DNA of 64,000 nucleotides from Chitinophagales bacterium (GTDB lineage Bacteria; Bacteroidota; Bacteroidia; Chitinophagales; JANQFB01): contig JANQFB010000350.1 in the NCBI GenBank assembly GCA_028278085.1, forward strand, positions 7,376-71,375, in the 5' to 3' direction. The notes beneath the pieces are model-generated. The model made no database searches, was not told the DNA's origin, and worked only from the letters and a program-made list of their open reading frames with translations. Of this stretch, positions 28,705 to 37,204 are shown one piece after another. Both the position numbers and the translations under genes were made by a program. The stretch's first letter is position 1. The number at the start of each line of letters is the position of its first letter.

Positions 28705-29361
28705 ATGAGCATACAGGTGAATGAGCACATTTACCTGAAAGATCCCGAATCAAGTGATTTGGGCCGCAAGATCATCAGCGGTAGCATTGAGATGATCGAT
28801 GCGATAGGGCTTGAATGTTTTACCTTCCGGAAGCTGGCCGCGGAGATCGGCTCCACGGAGGCTTCGATCTACCGTTACTTTGAAAGCAAGCATAAATTGT
28901 TATTGTACCTGATTTCCTGGTACTGGGGGTGGATGGAGTACCGGCTGGTGTTTGGCCTGGCCAATATCCCGTCGCCCATGGACCGCCTGGAGCGCGCTAT
29001 CACCCTGTTGACCGAAGCGGTAAAGGAGGATGGAAGCTTCGAGCATATCAACGAGATCAAGCTCAATCGAATTGTTATCTGTGACTCTTCGAAAGCCTAC
29101 CTGACCAAGGATGTGGATGAGGAGAATAAAGATGGCGTTTTTATCGGTTATAAGCAATTGGTAGCCAGGGTGAGCGATATCATCCTTGAGATCAATCCGC
29201 ATTATAAGTACCCCCATATGCTGGTATCTACCATCATGGAAGGGGCTCATCACCAACGGTACTTTGCCGAACACTTACCCAAATTGACCGATGTGGTGAA
29301 GGGAGAAGATGCCATCACGGAATTTTATAAAGAAATGGTTTTTAAAGCGATCAGGGAATGA
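28705..29361 (+). CDS. TetR/AcrR family transcriptional regulator
   Basis: HTH region: FTFRKLAAEIGSTEASIYRYFESKHKLLLYL. I prefer ATG at 28705 over TTG at 28684 because a TATATTTG -7 box sits at 28659-28666. Confidence 0.8.
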   Translation: MSIQVNEHIYLKDPESSDLGRKIISGSIEMIDAIGLECFTFRKLAAEIGSTEASIYRYFESKHKLLLYLISWYWGWMEYRLVFGLANIPSPMDRLERAITLLTEAVKEDGSFEHINEIKLNRIVICDSSKAYLTKDVDEENKDGVFIGYKQLVARVSDIILEINPHYKYPHMLVSTIMEGAHHQRYFAEHLPKLTDVVKGEDAITEFYKEMVFKAIRE

Positions 29362-29678
29362 CAAACGAACTTCCATACAACGAGTGTAAGCAACATAGGC
29401 AGGCAGTGCTGCAGGCGCTGTTCTTATTGTTCATCCTGACCTTCCTCACCACCAGCATTTTACCCGGCTATATATTGGAATTTGAAGTTGGACTAACCGA
29501 ACAAGTCGAGAAAGGAGAAGAAGAAAGCAAGGAGGAAAGTGAAACGGATGATTATGTACATATGGTCTTGTCACATGGTCCGGAAGGTGAATTTGAAGAA
29601 CCTTTAGTTTGGGAAAAAATAGCGGATTGGCAACACCCGCATGGTGACATCCTCACCCCGCCTCCCGAACGGGTTTAG
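29358..29678 (+). CDS. Small membrane protein with an acidic tail, translationally coupled to the TetR gene
   Basis: 106 aa. There is an ATGA start/stop overlap with the TetR gene, one TM (AVLQALFLLFILTFLTTSILPGYIL) and an acidic run EKGEEESKEESETDD. Confidence 0.4.
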   Translation: MTNELPYNECKQHRQAVLQALFLLFILTFLTTSILPGYILEFEVGLTEQVEKGEEESKEESETDDYVHMVLSHGPEGEFEEPLVWEKIADWQHPHGDILTPPPERV

Positions 29679-29818
29679 CACCAGTCCCCGGGCAACGTTT
29701 CCGGGCATCACTCAATATCCACTTAACAACTAATAAGGTATTTGTTTGCCATTATGCATACGGCATTCTCTAGTATTAACAGGTCCGGATGAACGGACAA
29801 CAAATAAATAATTGAACG

Positions 29819-31489
29819 ATGAATTCTCCACATAAACAAGGATTTTTTAAAAACTTGAAACACGACCTTCCTGCGGGAATTGTTGTGTTCCTGGTAGCGG
29901 TCCCGCTGTGCCTGGGTATTGCCCTGGCATCAGGTGCTCCACTCTTTTCAGGTATCATTGCAGGAATAATAGGCGGTACGGTAGTGGCCTTGCTAAGCGG
30001 TTCCGCGCTTGGCGTGAGCGGCCCGGCTGCGGGATTAGCGGTTATCGTACTATCAGCCATTCAGGAGTTGGGCGCCTTTGAGACTTTCCTGCTTGCTGTT
30101 GTGCTTGCCGGTGTGATACAACTGGTACTTGGCTTCCTGAAAGCCGGCGTGATCGGTTATTACTTCCCGTCATCCGTGATCAAGGGAATGCTTTCGGGCA
30201 TCGGTATCATCATTATCCTGAAACAGATCCCGCATGCCTTTGGGTACGACAAAGACCCGGAGGGAGATTTCAGCTTTATCCAGTTGGACGGACACAACAC
30301 CTTCAGTCAACTGGGATACATGCTGGATGCCATCAGTACGGGCGCTATCATTATCGCCCTGGTTTCCATAGCTATCCTGATCCTCTGGGAGCAGCCTTTT
30401 ATGAAGCGGATCCCAGCTTTCAAGATCATCCAGGGGCCATTAGTGGCCGTTATAGCGGGCATTGGCCTGAACCTGATTTTCCGGAACATGCCCGGCTTCA
30501 CGCTACAGGCTGACCAAATGGTGAGCATCCCGGTAGCAGACTCTTTAGTCGGTTTTTTCGGACAATTTACCTTACCGGATTTCAGCCAGTTGGCCAATCC
30601 GCAGGTGTATATGGTGGCACTCACCCTTGCTGTGGTGGCAAGTCTGGAAACACTGCTTTGCCTGGAGGCCACCGACAAACTCGATCCGCTGAAACGCATA
30701 ACTCCCGTCAACAGGGAGTTGACGGCACAAGGCGTCGGTAATATGGTCTCCGGATTGATCGGGGGATTGCCGATCACCCAGGTTATTGTCCGCAGTTCGG
30801 CCAATATCCAGTCGGGCGGACGAACAAGGGCATCGGCATTCTTGCATGGGGTCCTGCTGCTGATTTGCGTGATGTCCATTCCCAAAGTGTTGAACCTGGT
30901 TCCGCTGGCCAGTCTGGCAGCTATCTTGTTCGTAGTGGGCTATAAGCTGGCCAAACCTGCCCTGTTCAGGGAAATGTATCGAATGGGCAAGGAACAGTTT
31001 ATACCGTTTATGGTTACCATTCTCGGGATCGTATTTACAGATCTGCTCACCGGTATTGGCATCGGCATGGCAGTGGCTATCGTGTATATCTTGTGGAACC
31101 ACTACAAAATACCCTACCAGTTCGATCCCAAGGATTATAAACCGGGATCGCCGGTGTTTATCCGGCTGGCGGAAGTTTCCAGTTTTCTCAACAAAGCGCG
31201 TATCCTGCGGACGCTGAGCCAATTGCCCAATGACACTCATGTGATCATCGATGCTTCCAGGACAAGGAGCATCCATCCGGATGTTGTGGAGATCATTGAA
31301 GATTTCAGGCATAATGCCAAAACACGCGATATCACCCTTGAATTGCAAGGGTTCGAATCAAGCGGTGCTCCTGATCCGGTAGAACAATTCGGGCATATTG
31401 TACTGAAACATCAGACGCCTTCCAAGGGGGAAGGTATCTTTGGCTTATCTCTTAATCGTAAACAAAAAGAACATGCAAAATCTAATTGA
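29819..31489 (+). CDS. SulP family inorganic anion (bicarbonate/sulfate) transporter with a STAS domain
   Basis: 556 aa. The N-terminus is SulP-like (DLPAGIVVFLVAVPLCLGIALASGAP), with GVGNMVSGLIGGLPITQVIVRSSANIQSGGRT and a C-terminal STAS-like region. Confidence 0.9.
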   Translation: MNSPHKQGFFKNLKHDLPAGIVVFLVAVPLCLGIALASGAPLFSGIIAGIIGGTVVALLSGSALGVSGPAAGLAVIVLSAIQELGAFETFLLAVVLAGVIQLVLGFLKAGVIGYYFPSSVIKGMLSGIGIIIILKQIPHAFGYDKDPEGDFSFIQLDGHNTFSQLGYMLDAISTGAIIIALVSIAILILWEQPFMKRIPAFKIIQGPLVAVIAGIGLNLIFRNMPGFTLQADQMVSIPVADSLVGFFGQFTLPDFSQLANPQVYMVALTLAVVASLETLLCLEATDKLDPLKRITPVNRELTAQGVGNMVSGLIGGLPITQVIVRSSANIQSGGRTRASAFLHGVLLLICVMSIPKVLNLVPLASLAAILFVVGYKLAKPALFREMYRMGKEQFIPFMVTILGIVFTDLLTGIGIGMAVAIVYILWNHYKIPYQFDPKDYKPGSPVFIRLAEVSSFLNKARILRTLSQLPNDTHVIIDASRTRSIHPDVVEIIEDFRHNAKTRDITLELQGFESSGAPDPVEQFGHIVLKHQTPSKGEGIFGLSLNRKQKEHAKSN

Positions 31490-32120
31490 CAATTCGGCTA
31501 CACAAACCGCCGAAACACTAGCAGCAATCACCCCGGAAATGGCGGTGCAATTGCTGAAAGATGGCAATGCCCGTTTCGTGGCCAGCCAGGCCCTCGACCG
31601 GGATCTGAACCAACAGGTCAAACAAACTGCCGGGGGACAACATCCCTTTGCAGCGGTACTCGGATGTATCGATTCCCGGGTTCCGGCGGAACTGGTGTTC
31701 GACCAGGGCATCGGCGATATTTTTAACGTGCGCATTGCCGGTAACTTTGTGAACAACGATATCCTCGGCAGTTTGGAGTTCGCTTGTAAGGTGGCGGGTT
31801 CCAAAGCTATTTTGGTCCTGGGCCATACGAGCTGCGGAGCGGTAAAAGGCGCCTGCGATCATGTCGAACTCGGCAACCTCACCGGAATGCTGGAAAACCT
31901 CTCTCCTGCCCTGGATGCGGTAACCGATGAGCAAGCGGATCGCAGTTCGGGTAATCCGGCATTTGTGCAAAAGGTGTCGGATATGAACGTGCAACTGACT
32001 ATCGCTGCTATTAAGGAACGCAGCCAGGTGTTGAGGACCATGGTTGAGCAGGGTGAGATAACCATTGTCGGCGGCATGTATCATGTGGATACAGGCGAGG
32101 TAACGTTTACAGGAGCGTAA
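31473..32120 (+). CDS. Beta-class carbonic anhydrase
   Basis: CIDSRVPAELVFDQGIGDIFNVRIAGN and LVLGHTSCGAVKGA give the Cys/Asp/Arg...His/Cys zinc site. ATG at 31473 overlaps the SulP 3' end by 17 nt. Confidence 0.9.
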   Translation: MQNLIDNSATQTAETLAAITPEMAVQLLKDGNARFVASQALDRDLNQQVKQTAGGQHPFAAVLGCIDSRVPAELVFDQGIGDIFNVRIAGNFVNNDILGSLEFACKVAGSKAILVLGHTSCGAVKGACDHVELGNLTGMLENLSPALDAVTDEQADRSSGNPAFVQKVSDMNVQLTIAAIKERSQVLRTMVEQGEITIVGGMYHVDTGEVTFTGA

Positions 32121-32122
32121 GC

Positions 32123-32806
32123 GTGAAGCGATGGATAGTCATATTCCTGGTGGTTCAATTGCCGGCTGCTTTACTGGCACAGCCCGGTGAGACCGGCAAT
32201 TGGCTCATGTACTTCGGACAGAACCGGTTGAGTAAGTCAATCAGCCTGCATACGGAAGTGCAATACAGGAACCACACACTGGCGCCGGTCAACATCGAGC
32301 AGCTTCTGCTGCGTACCGGGTTGAATTATCACTTCTCCCCCAATGCCCTGGCCACCGGTGGCTATGGCTATATTGCATCGCATGTGTTCGAAAGCGAACA
32401 GACAATTCCCGAATCGGAGGAGCACCGGATCTGGCAGCAATTGATCACGACCCAGATAATCGGCCGGATCAAGTTCGAGCACAGGTACCGCATCGAACAG
32501 CGTTGGGTGAATCGCGATTACCGGAACCGGTTACGCTACCGGCTGATGTTATTTATACCGTTGAATAAACCGAGTATAGAGAAAGGCACCCTTTTCCTGG
32601 GCTGGTATGATGAGATCTTTATGAATACGGAACAAGTGTTCTTCGATCGCAATCGGTTCTACGGCGCACTGGGCTATCAATTCAACCAACACACCGGCAT
32701 GCAGATCGGAATGCTCCACCAGCAGGTGAATGCATTCGGCAAATGGTATTTACAGTTCGCGTTGGTGTATAATCCGGATCTGCGGAAAGATCCAGCCCCG
32801 GATTAG
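32123..32806 (+). CDS. DUF2490-like outer-membrane protein
   Basis: 227 aa with a GTG start and signal peptide MKRWIVIFLVVQLPAALLAQ. Alternating beta-strand-like sequence (WLMYFGQNRLSKSISLHTEVQYRNH) matches my memory of DUF2490, which is often found next to SulP/CA genes. Confidence 0.55.
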   Translation: MKRWIVIFLVVQLPAALLAQPGETGNWLMYFGQNRLSKSISLHTEVQYRNHTLAPVNIEQLLLRTGLNYHFSPNALATGGYGYIASHVFESEQTIPESEEHRIWQQLITTQIIGRIKFEHRYRIEQRWVNRDYRNRLRYRLMLFIPLNKPSIEKGTLFLGWYDEIFMNTEQVFFDRNRFYGALGYQFNQHTGMQIGMLHQQVNAFGKWYLQFALVYNPDLRKDPAPD

Positions 32807-32964
32807 CTGACAATAGCCTAAAAATTATTACACATATAATTGAACTTAATTCGACAAAGCTGTTCGATCGGCCTACGATCAATAATCACCTATCATATGC
32901 TACCCAAACCCTTATTAATGCTCCAAATTGGCTCAAAACGACCATAAGTTATTGCTTGCTATGG

Positions 32965-33354
32965 TTAGTTTTTTTCTTTTAGTTTTTTCACAGCTTGCGA
33001 TGGTGTTAATTCCTTTGTACTTTCTACCACCCGTACCGTTATTCCACCACAATGTTCTGCGATATCCAGAAGCGTCCGTCTTTCAACAGAAGAAAGTCCA
33101 TTCTCTGATCTATCTATTTGTTGTATGACAATCTTTAATGTCGGGCTAATAAAAAGAAAAGGGGGCACCAATGCGGTTAAAACTTCCCGTATCAAGCTTT
33201 CTGCATTGAAAAGGTCAGCGATTATAAATCTTTCGTTTGAGAAATTATCTTTAGCGGCCCGGGTTATGGTCTTGCCGGTATCCAATCGTGAAATTTCAAC
33301 TTTGTTTTTGAAAAGTTTTATGTACACAGGCACCGGTCTTAGTCGATCTAACAT
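32965..33354 (-). CDS. Small hypothetical protein with an MreB/actin-fold-like segment
   Basis: 129 aa. IADLFNAESLIREVL...PTLKIVIQQIDRSENGLSSVERRTLLDIAEHCGGITVRVVEST is collinear with E. coli MreB [15 protein letters not shown]...[37 protein letters not shown] (recalled from memory). The DxG phosphate-1 motif is absent. Confidence 0.45.
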   Translation of the reverse strand: MLDRLRPVPVYIKLFKNKVEISRLDTGKTITRAAKDNFSNERFIIADLFNAESLIREVLTALVPPFLFISPTLKIVIQQIDRSENGLSSVERRTLLDIAEHCGGITVRVVESTKELTPSQAVKKLKEKN

Positions 33355-33376
33355 TTAATTGTTCTTTATTCCTGTT

Positions 33377-33407
33377 TCCTGCAACGTTTCGGGTTTGGGT
33401 TGTAGCT
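33377..33407. repeat. Short hairpin, site 3, with the same terminal boxes
   Basis: TCCTGCAAC (33377-33385) is followed by 13 nt and then GTTGTAGCT (33399-33407). It is much shorter than sites 1 and 2. Confidence 0.35.
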
Positions 33408-33530
33408 GGGTCCCTGATTCCCTTATTATGTCAATTGTACTTTTCATTTTCCGCTAAAAAATCCCACCCTTTTTTAAACAAAGCGCGTTGCTCTGGTTAC
33501 GGAAGCTTATGCGTAGGTGATTAATGCGTT

Positions 33531-34109
33531 TTATTTTTTGTAGGGGGCCGTTATTATTTTTTCTGCATAAGTCCAAAACTCCTCTTTTTCAATTCTACAG
33601 TGATCCAAGTAGCCAAATTCATAGCCTCTGGAATTAGCTTTTTCATGAATCGCATCATAAAATTGTTTTGATCCTCTTTGATTTTCAGCGTCGGGTCGGA
33701 ATGGTGGATTTACACAATAGATTATTGTATTCAAACGCCACTGATGATATGGAACCCAAAATCTGTATTCTGCATTGTTTTCAATTTCTGCCAATAAGGT
33801 AATCTCGTTAATACTGTCAAGAAATATTAAAACGGTATCTCCAATTTCCATTGGCCAATAGGCAGGTCTTTTGGTTTTATAAATGACAACTGAATCTATC
33901 TTATTGGTAAAAGAAAAAGTTATATTATCCACTATAGTATCGATCCGACCGGGCTGGTTAGAAGTTGGTCTGTAACTCAGATCTCGAATAATAACCTCAC
34001 CGATTTTTCCAGCATTGATAATTTCATCATCCATCTCAAACATCAAAGTATATCCATAGGTGATAGCAGGACAAATCAACAACCAGATTATTGTTATGAA
34101 CTTATTCAT
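33531..34109 (-). CDS. Hypothetical secreted protein (AT-rich cassette-like ORF)
   Basis: 192 aa with signal peptide MNKFITIIWLLICPAITYG. I recognise no motif. Confidence 0.5.
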   Translation of the reverse strand: MNKFITIIWLLICPAITYGYTLMFEMDDEIINAGKIGEVIIRDLSYRPTSNQPGRIDTIVDNITFSFTNKIDSVVIYKTKRPAYWPMEIGDTVLIFLDSINEITLLAEIENNAEYRFWVPYHQWRLNTIIYCVNPPFRPDAENQRGSKQFYDAIHEKANSRGYEFGYLDHCRIEKEEFWTYAEKIITAPYKK

Positions 34110-34120
34110 ATATCTATAAT

Positions 34121-34257
34121 GGCTCCAACGGCTCGGGCTAAGAAACGTTCAGGGATTTGGAATATGCATTTGTCAACCGTTTACCGAGTTTTGTTATGTG
34201 TTTTAATGTTCATTATATCTTGTCAGCCCGCATGTTTTCTTAGCCGTTGTTGTAGCC
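34121..34257. repeat. Imperfect inverted repeat, site 2, with ..CAAC / GTTG.. terminal boxes (attC-like candidate)
   Basis: GGCTCCAAC (34121-34129) pairs with GTTGTAGCC (34249-34257) at 8/9 positions. A second box GGGCTAAGAAA (34135-34145) pairs with TTTCTTAGCCG (34236-34246) at 10/11. An asymmetric unpaired spacer (5 nt vs 2 nt) separates the two boxes. Confidence 0.5.
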
Positions 34258-34270
34258 AGCGTATTATTTA

Positions 34271-34786
34271 TCAAGTATCTATTTTCCTTAAGTCATAACC
34301 AGTTGATATGATTTCAATATACTTGTCATGTCCGACTAGTATAAAATGTTTCAGACCAATTGGTAATGCCGGTAATTTGTCAATAGTCGGGTCCCAATTA
34401 TCTAAAGCGTCGAACCAATTTATCAGGTCGTACCTTTCTTCAATTAAAGGGTAATAACTTCTAGGCCTATCACTCATATAATTTCTATCTATTCTTTGAT
34501 AGTTAACTTCATATAGGAACGGTTGGTTATGGTAGTCTGAATCATCTAGATTATAGGTGGGTAGTTCGGAATAAGCAATTTGCCAAGATCTTACATTGAT
34601 AAATGTAAATTCAACATCAATAAGATATTCCTGATTGTTAGATGGTTCAACACATTGAATAATCACAGTTAACTCGCTTTGTCTCTTTTCTGTAATTTCA
34701 GGATCCGCTATTGGATCGACTGAATAGCCGAGATTGATTCCTCTTGCTGAGATGACTCCATCCCATTTTATTACATTCCTGATCAT
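34271..34786 (-). CDS. Hypothetical cytoplasmic protein (AT-rich cassette-like ORF)
   Basis: 171 aa with no signal peptide and no recognised motif. Confidence 0.5.
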   Translation of the reverse strand: MIRNVIKWDGVISARGINLGYSVDPIADPEITEKRQSELTVIIQCVEPSNNQEYLIDVEFTFINVRSWQIAYSELPTYNLDDSDYHNQPFLYEVNYQRIDRNYMSDRPRSYYPLIEERYDLINWFDALDNWDPTIDKLPALPIGLKHFILVGHDKYIEIISTGYDLRKIDT

Positions 34787-34802
34787 CTTTTTCGCATTGG
34801 TT

Positions 34803-34967
34803 GGCTACAACAATTGCATAAACAACACCGCCTGTTGTTCTTTTCCTGATAAATTATATCATCACCATTTAAAACTAAGCCCAAAAAGCGTTCTATAAAA
34901 CAAGGAACTTGTAAGTGATGCTATAGAACAGCAAAACGGCTCATATGAATTTGAATTCGTTGTGGAT
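34803..34967. repeat. Imperfect inverted repeat, site 1, with ..CAAC / GTTG.. terminal boxes (attC-like candidate)
   Basis: On the + strand, GGCTACAAC (34803-34811) is paired with GTTGTGGAT (34959-34967). The arms are further partly complementary (AATT, GCC, TGTTC blocks). There is an inner 8-bp hairpin GTTCTATA (34890-34897) / TATAGAAC (34922-34929). Confidence 0.45.
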
Positions 34968-34989
34968 ACAATTGATCGAATTGTTAGTG

Positions 34990-36975
34990 TTATTCCCTGA
35001 ACACTTTCACAACGGCATTTTTCCCATCAGCCGAATGAATGCTTACAAAATACAAACCCCTTCCGCCGGGAATGTTAAGATCTGCCGCTGCGGTTACCTC
35101 AAAGTATTCCGTGGCCACTACCTGCCCGACCAAATTGGTTACGCTGACCGTGATGTTTTCGTAGGTTTTACCTAAGTCGATCTTCAGCTTTCCTGCCGTT
35201 GGATTCGGGTAAATGTCCGGCACGGGACTAAAGGAATGATCAAAAACCCCGCTAATGACCAACAAATGACAGTCAGAAGTATCCACACAACCGTTTTGTG
35301 TTACTTCAACGGCGTAATTACTCGTTGTTTGGGAGGTATAATGCTGATGGGTAGCGCCGTTTATCGTTGCATGACTGTTTTCGCAGTCTAACCACTGATA
35401 AGATGCTCCGACAGCATTGGCTTTAAGCGTATCTCCGCTTTGGTAAACACTTGTATCTACGGTGTCGATCGTCAGGTTGACGGTGATCACGCTGTCGCAG
35501 GTGTTTATGGTGGAAAGGGTGTCCGTATAGGTTCCGGAGCTGGTCCAGGTGTACTGACCACTCGGACTGGTATATTCATCGCAAGCGGAGGGACTGATCG
35601 TGGTGGCGGCACTGTTGTTGATCGTAAGGATTGTTGTAACCAGGCTATCACACCCATTAGCCGCCAAACCGGTTAAAGTATCCCTAACGGTTTGTGAATG
35701 AAAGTACCAGTTACCATTTAGTTGTACACTGTCACAACCGGTAATATTTTGGATTGAATCGGCCGCATGGTTAATGGTCAGGTAAATCGTGATCACACTG
35801 TCGCAGGCAGCAGCATTAGAAAGGGTGTCGTAATAAACGGCTGAACTTGTCCAGGTGTGATTACCGCTTGGGCTGGTGTAGCTTTCACAAGCCGTTTCGG
35901 AGATACTGGAATTCGTTTGGCAACTTAAAGAGACATTCCATTTAGCAATTTTATTGACAACCATACCATCGGCAAAATTAAAAGAGCCACAAGCATAAAG
36001 ACGATCCTTATAAATGATCAAATTAATCACGTTATCATTCATGCCTGTTCCAAATGGGGACCAGGAGACTCCATCCCAAACAGCAACGCGATTGGCCGGA
36101 GTACCACCGGCATTGGTGAAATTTCCCGCCGCATAAAGCTTGCCATTATGGGATAATAATTTATGTACTTTGGCGTCCATACCCAATCCTAAGGGAGACC
36201 AGGCCGAACCATCCCAAATGGCAATATAATTAGCAGGCCCGCCGGCGATGGTAAAATGACCGCCGACATATAATTTGCCATCATGAACTTCCAGGGCTTC
36301 TACGGGATTATCCGTACCTCCACCTACAGTTGACCAGTTGTTATGACTATCTAATTTGGCAATATGATTGTAAGACCCAAGAGATCCGCCGACATATAAT
36401 TCGCCCTGGAAAATTTCCATGTCGTAGATCAGATTACCGATACCCATTGACGACCAGGAATTCCCATCATACTTGATCAGGCCTTGGTTGGAAATGGTAG
36501 CATAGAGTGTATCATTAAGCATTTTCATCTCCCCTACATGGCCGGTACCGCTATAATTTGCGTCGGACCACGTGTTGCCATCCCAATACGCAATTTTATT
36601 GATCAGGTTTCCACCTGCTGCTGTAAACCAGCCCCCGGCAAATAACTTATTCTGGTAAACAGCCAAAGCGTTCACATAGTGATTCATACCACTGCCCAGG
36701 GCAGCAAATGAAGTATCATTCCAGGCGGCGACCCTGTTAGCGGGTGTAGTATCTGCCATGGTAAAATAACCGCTGACATGCAATTCGCCATTATATACGG
36801 CTAGTCCGTTAACATAATCATTCATTCCGGATCCCAAAGCTTCCCAACTCTGGGCTATTGAAAAGTTTGCCTCCAATAAAAGCAGGAAGACTAACGAAAG
36901 GGCATGTGTTTTTTCCACAATTGTACTTTTACAGGTGATATAATCTCCTTTAATGAATTTGTCAAAAAGTATCAA
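34990..36975 (-). CDS. Secreted Kelch-like propeller protein with Cys-bounded modules and a T9SS sorting domain
   Basis: 661 aa. It has about 6 repeats of the form G.F..AGG..AN.IA.WDG..WS.LG.GMN..V.AL. These are followed by CxSYTSPSG..TWTSSG.Y.DTL....CDSVIT..LTIN modules identical in design to those of 11954..14548. The C-terminus is IYPNPTAGKLKIDLG...GLYFVSIHSADGKNAVVKVFRE. Confidence 0.8.
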   Translation of the reverse strand: MILFDKFIKGDYITCKSTIVEKTHALSLVFLLLLEANFSIAQSWEALGSGMNDYVNGLAVYNGELHVSGYFTMADTTPANRVAAWNDTSFAALGSGMNHYVNALAVYQNKLFAGGWFTAAGGNLINKIAYWDGNTWSDANYSGTGHVGEMKMLNDTLYATISNQGLIKYDGNSWSSMGIGNLIYDMEIFQGELYVGGSLGSYNHIAKLDSHNNWSTVGGGTDNPVEALEVHDGKLYVGGHFTIAGGPANYIAIWDGSAWSPLGLGMDAKVHKLLSHNGKLYAAGNFTNAGGTPANRVAVWDGVSWSPFGTGMNDNVINLIIYKDRLYACGSFNFADGMVVNKIAKWNVSLSCQTNSSISETACESYTSPSGNHTWTSSAVYYDTLSNAAACDSVITIYLTINHAADSIQNITGCDSVQLNGNWYFHSQTVRDTLTGLAANGCDSLVTTILTINNSAATTISPSACDEYTSPSGQYTWTSSGTYTDTLSTINTCDSVITVNLTIDTVDTSVYQSGDTLKANAVGASYQWLDCENSHATINGATHQHYTSQTTSNYAVEVTQNGCVDTSDCHLLVISGVFDHSFSPVPDIYPNPTAGKLKIDLGKTYENITVSVTNLVGQVVATEYFEVTAAADLNIPGGRGLYFVSIHSADGKNAVVKVFRE

Positions 36976-37204
36976 TTGGGGTGATGATGGTCGATCATCA
37001 TCAAATAAATGCTAAAAGGGGGGCATCCTGTAGCGGTGATCTGCCAAAAATAATTCCAGGTATCGGAATAAAAAAAGATGAATTTGTAAGCGGTCGATTT
37101 TAATGGAAAAAGTTCCCATTTCAGGTAGAATTCGTTCGCCTGCCGTCTATAATTATCGCGTCAGGACAGGGTTGAAATTAGGATAAGCCGGCCCAGCTAA
37201 AAGA

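Noticed and set aside
32807-32964. A fourth attC-like site downstream of ORF 32965..33354
   Set aside because: Only weak AAC/GTT pairs are present (CAATAAC..GTTTTGAGCC, CGAAC..GTTCAAT), with no extended complementary arms. It is not comparable to sites 1 and 2.
36981-37003. The palindrome TGATGAT-GGTCG-ATCATCA just upstream of the 34990..36975 gene start
   Set aside because: It is a single short hairpin with no second copy or obvious partner regulator. It is probably incidental.
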